Shown here: in pieces, positions 61,374 through 64,000 of the stretch
Numbering within the stretch: position 1 is the first letter of the stretch
Layout: each line of letters opens with the position of its first letter
IMG/VR virus record: IMGVR_UViG_3300027793_000005
Strand: one strand, 5' to 3'
Source of the DNA: an uncultured virus (IMG/VR IMGVR_UViG_3300027793_000005)
Taxonomy: Duplodnaviria; Heunggongvirae; Uroviricota; Caudoviricetes
Length of the DNA stretch: 64,000 bases
Translations under genes and position numbers: made by a program
Notes under the pieces: model-generated
The model's database searches: none
Seen by the model: only the letters and a program-made list of their open reading frames with translations
Told to the model about the DNA's origin: nothing

Positions 61374-63077
61374 TTATGCGTTGGCGATGGTGGTGACGGT
61401 GCCGCTGCTGCCGCGATACTTGAGCGCGCCCGCCTCGACATACAGGACGCCGCCGCCGGTCGGGTTGCCGGTCGGCACCGTCACAGCGTTGCCGATGCCA
61501 ATCACGCGCACCGATGAGGCACCGAACGAGGTCGTCCCGATGCCGAGGTTGCCGCTGCTGTCGAGCGTGGCCCGCAAGGCACCACCAGTCCAGAACTGCA
61601 TCGGAGTGGCGGAAGCGTTGTAAAGCACCGCAGCGTAAGCGGTGGAGCCGGGGAAAAACGCGCCGCCCGTACTTGATTCGGTGCCGACATAGAAATCGCC
61701 GCCCGTGCTTGTAAGACGGACAAACCGAGACGATGTGCTAGCGGTGTTGATTGCGTTAGCGTTGAAGCCGATGCCGTTAAACGCCGCGTCTCCGTTTACC
61801 GTAAGTTTCTCCGTAGGCGAACTCGTCCCGATGCCGACATTGCCGCCGTTGGGCTGCAAAGCAAAGTCGTAGTAGGTCTGGCTTGCAGAGTTACGAACCT
61901 GCAAGTAGCCAAGCACGGAACTACCAGAGCCAATTTCAACGCAGCCTGCGCCCGCAGTAGTGTTTGTGATAAGAAACGCGCCGCTAGGCGTTGTATCGCC
62001 CGGAGTCTGCGATGCCTTGTTCGTATGCAGTCGCGTTCCCGGCGAACTCGTCCCGATGCCGAGGTTGCCGCTGTCGTTGAGCCGCATAACCTCCGCAGTT
62101 GCCACGCGCCAGACATAGGACGGAGTGCCGCTTGACGATGTGACATCCCATCCCCACAGCCCCGCCGAGTCGTCGAGGAACATCGACCCGCGACGGTTGT
62201 TCGCGCCGTCGTTGACGTAGAGCGAATAGCCGATGACGGCGTTGTTGCTGTCGGACTGAAGATAAACGCCTTTGTTCAGCGAGGGCGTGGTGCTAAGAGT
62301 TCCGCCGATGCCGAGGTTGCCGGAGGTGTCGAGGCGCATCCTCTCTACGGTGTTCAGCGAAAATGTCATGCCTCCGGTAGTGTTGCCAGCGTCAAAACCT
62401 GATGTCGTTGCATCAGTTCGCAGCGCAATCTCAACACCACTTGAGGAATTTCGCAGCCTAGCCCCAATGCCATTTACTGCATGGAACACATCAAGCCTGT
62501 TCACAGGCGCAGCCGTACCGATACCAAAGTTGCCCGCCGAACTGAGCCGCATGCGCTCGCTGCCGCCGACGCCCCAAGCGAGGGTGTCCGCTCCGGGGCT
62601 GTGCATGAATATGCCAGCAGGGGTGCTGGTGATTCCAGAGATGTTGATGGAACCGACGCTGAGAGCGGAGAAGTGAGAGATTGCCGTAACGACATCGGTG
62701 CCGTTGCAGACGAGGCTCATCTTGGCAGCGGCGGGGACAGACACGCCAGTCTGACCCGAGACCTTGACGGTCACCGCTCCGGTCGAGTTGTTGAAGATGA
62801 AGTAGAGTTTCTTGTTGGCAGGGACGACGAGTTCAGTGTTCCCGCCACCGCCAGTCCCGGTCAACTCGATGTACATGTTCCGGGCAACGCCCGTGGCACC
62901 GTTCGGGATGGTGATGGTCGTGGCAGTACCCGTCGAGACCGCTTGGGTCACATAGCCCGAGATGGCCTGCTCGATCAGGGTACCGAGGTTGTTGTTCGTG
63001 GTGTTGCCCCAAGAGCCAGCCTGATCGTTGTTGCCGATCAGTTCCAGAGCAAGGTTGGTGCTGTAAGTAGATGCCAT
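61374..63077 (-). CDS. Tail fibre protein
   Basis: MASTYS..L.LEL...G.WG.TTN.N anchor; repeated ERMR.D.SGN.GIGT units. Confidence 0.85.
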   Translation of the reverse strand: MASTYSTNLALELIGNNDQAGSWGNTTNNNLGTLIEQAISGYVTQAVSTGTATTITIPNGATGVARNMYIELTGTGGGGNTELVVPANKKLYFIFNNSTGAVTVKVSGQTGVSVPAAAKMSLVCNGTDVVTAISHFSALSVGSINISGITSTPAGIFMHSPGADTLAWGVGGSERMRLSSAGNFGIGTAAPVNRLDVFHAVNGIGARLRNSSSGVEIALRTDATTSGFDAGNTTGGMTFSLNTVERMRLDTSGNLGIGGTLSTTPSLNKGVYLQSDSNNAVIGYSLYVNDGANNRRGSMFLDDSAGLWGWDVTSSSGTPSYVWRVATAEVMRLNDSGNLGIGTSSPGTRLHTNKASQTPGDTTPSGAFLITNTTAGAGCVEIGSGSSVLGYLQVRNSASQTYYDFALQPNGGNVGIGTSSPTEKLTVNGDAAFNGIGFNANAINTASTSSRFVRLTSTGGDFYVGTESSTGGAFFPGSTAYAAVLYNASATPMQFWTGGALRATLDSSGNLGIGTTSFGASSVRVIGIGNAVTVPTGNPTGGGVLYVEAGALKYRGSSGTVTTIANA

Positions 63078-63088
63078 AGTGTGTTACC

Positions 63089-63940
63089 TCAAGTAACGAT
63101 ATCAGTCCAGTTCGCACTCTGAGAAGTTGAGACAGGGTTCCAGTTCGGGGTCTGTGCAGTACCTACGGCGGTCCAGTTCGGGGTCTGTGCAGTACCTACA
63201 GCGGTCCAGTTCGGGGTCTGTGCAGTACCTACAGCGGTCCAGTTCGGGGTCTGTGCGGTGTCGATTATACCCCAGACGTTGGCCAAATTTACCACACCGA
63301 GGGCAGATACCCCATTCAGCAGGACGGTCACATCCGAATAGTACGAAACCGTACCGATCGCCCCCGTGGCAGACACCCCGGTGACCGAGACATCTATGCC
63401 AATCGCGACCGTTTCGTCGCCAAGGGCAGTGGTACCAACCACCCCCGTAACCGGGACATTGGCCACTCCGATGACCGCGACCGTGCCGATCGATCCCGTG
63501 GCAGACACTCCGGTCGGGGTGACCGTGGTCTGGGTGATGACCGTCTCGTTGCCGAGGGCCGTCGTGCCAACCACCCCGGTGACGTTGACCGTGGCACTGA
63601 TGGAGACCGTCTCGTCTCCAAGGGCTGTAGTACCCACCACCCCGGTGACCGGGATGACAGCGTTGGTCAGGACAGTTACAGACCCCAGCAGGCCACTTGC
63701 CGCAACCCCGGAGACGAAGATGATGACATCGCCGCCTGTCTGGACGGTGACGGATCCAAGGGTCGTCGTGCCGACCACCCCGGTGACGGGGAAGACCATG
63801 TCCGTGAGGACAGTCTCGCTCCCGAGGATGGCTGACGCAGAGAGTCCTGTGACCGAGACAGTGACCGTCCCGGCCTGTATGTCGAATGCCGAAGTTGAGA
63901 ACGCCGACGTCGAAAACGCCGACGTCGAGAAAGAACTCAC
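63089..63940 (-). CDS. Repetitive virion fibre/tail protein (VTGV...LG.VTV repeats)
   Basis: FSTSA x3 N-terminus, ~26-aa repeats, C-terminal QTPNW repeats. Confidence 0.75.
   Translation of the reverse strand: MSSFSTSAFSTSAFSTSAFDIQAGTVTVSVTGLSASAILGSETVLTDMVFPVTGVVGTTTLGSVTVQTGGDVIIFVSGVAASGLLGSVTVLTNAVIPVTGVVGTTALGDETVSISATVNVTGVVGTTALGNETVITQTTVTPTGVSATGSIGTVAVIGVANVPVTGVVGTTALGDETVAIGIDVSVTGVSATGAIGTVSYYSDVTVLLNGVSALGVVNLANVWGIIDTAQTPNWTAVGTAQTPNWTAVGTAQTPNWTAVGTAQTPNWNPVSTSQSANWTDIVT
63140..63256. repeat. 33-bp tandem repeat, ~3.5 copies (TAQTPNWTAVG)
   Basis: Units start at 63140, 63173, 63206, 63239. Confidence 0.9.
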
Positions 63941-64000
63941 GGCGTTCCGCGCCAGAGGTCTCCAGACGCGCCGCTACCGTAGACGGTAGCCGAGTTCATC
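63937..64000 (-). CDS. C-terminus of an upstream tail gene (...MNSATVYGSGASGDLWRGTP), truncated at right edge
   Basis: TGA overlaps the GTG start at 63940. Confidence 0.55.
   Translation of the reverse strand, partial: MNSATVYGSGASGDLWRGTP

Noticed and set aside
61374..63940. Diversity-generating retroelement acting on tail fibres
   Set aside because: No reverse transcriptase and no TR/VR pair with adenine-specific mismatches were seen.
1..64000. Window ends joining directly into a complete circle
   Set aside because: Joining position 1 to 64000 keeps the minus-strand frame (..WQS|MNSAT..), but that has a 1-in-3 chance. The second domain of the left ORF looks incomplete and no terminal overlap is visible, so a missing segment is more likely.

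Overview
The window holds most of a ~60% GC tailed-phage genome with podovirus-like architecture, probably circularly permuted; the host is probably a Gram-negative proteobacterium. Two minus-strand blocks form one continuous late/virion module across the window edges. Block 1-15777 runs terminase small and large subunits, portal, GroES, scaffold, major capsid protein, small basic proteins, then connector and tail proteins. Block 43122-64000 runs tail fibres, holin and M15 endolysin, tail tube/nozzle, and four ejection proteins, including a 2607-aa polyvalent protein. The plus strand (16200-43121) carries early and replication genes: many small ORFs, a MoxR AAA+/vWA-metallopeptidase module, VRR-NUC, family A DNA polymerase, PD-(D/E)XK nuclease, HNH, SNF2 helicase, SSB-like protein, HTH protein and primase-helicase. 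No integrase, RNA polymerase, tRNA, CRISPR array or reverse transcriptase was recognised. The most unusual structure is the control region at 15780-18450. It has (i) about 16 genome-wide copies of a 16-bp palindrome CGTATTR-NN-YAATACG, many fused to ribosome-binding sites; (ii) two duplicated sigmaE-like promoters (GGAAC-N17-GTCYAA), each with the palindrome upstream; (iii) a candidate 500-600-nt multi-hairpin ncRNA that starts at one promoter and carries three palindrome copies; and (iv) an iteron/IHF-rich origin-like segment. Early small genes form a cassette-like array joined by identical stop/RBS/start linkers. All protein calls come from motif recognition and synteny only; no database searches were run.
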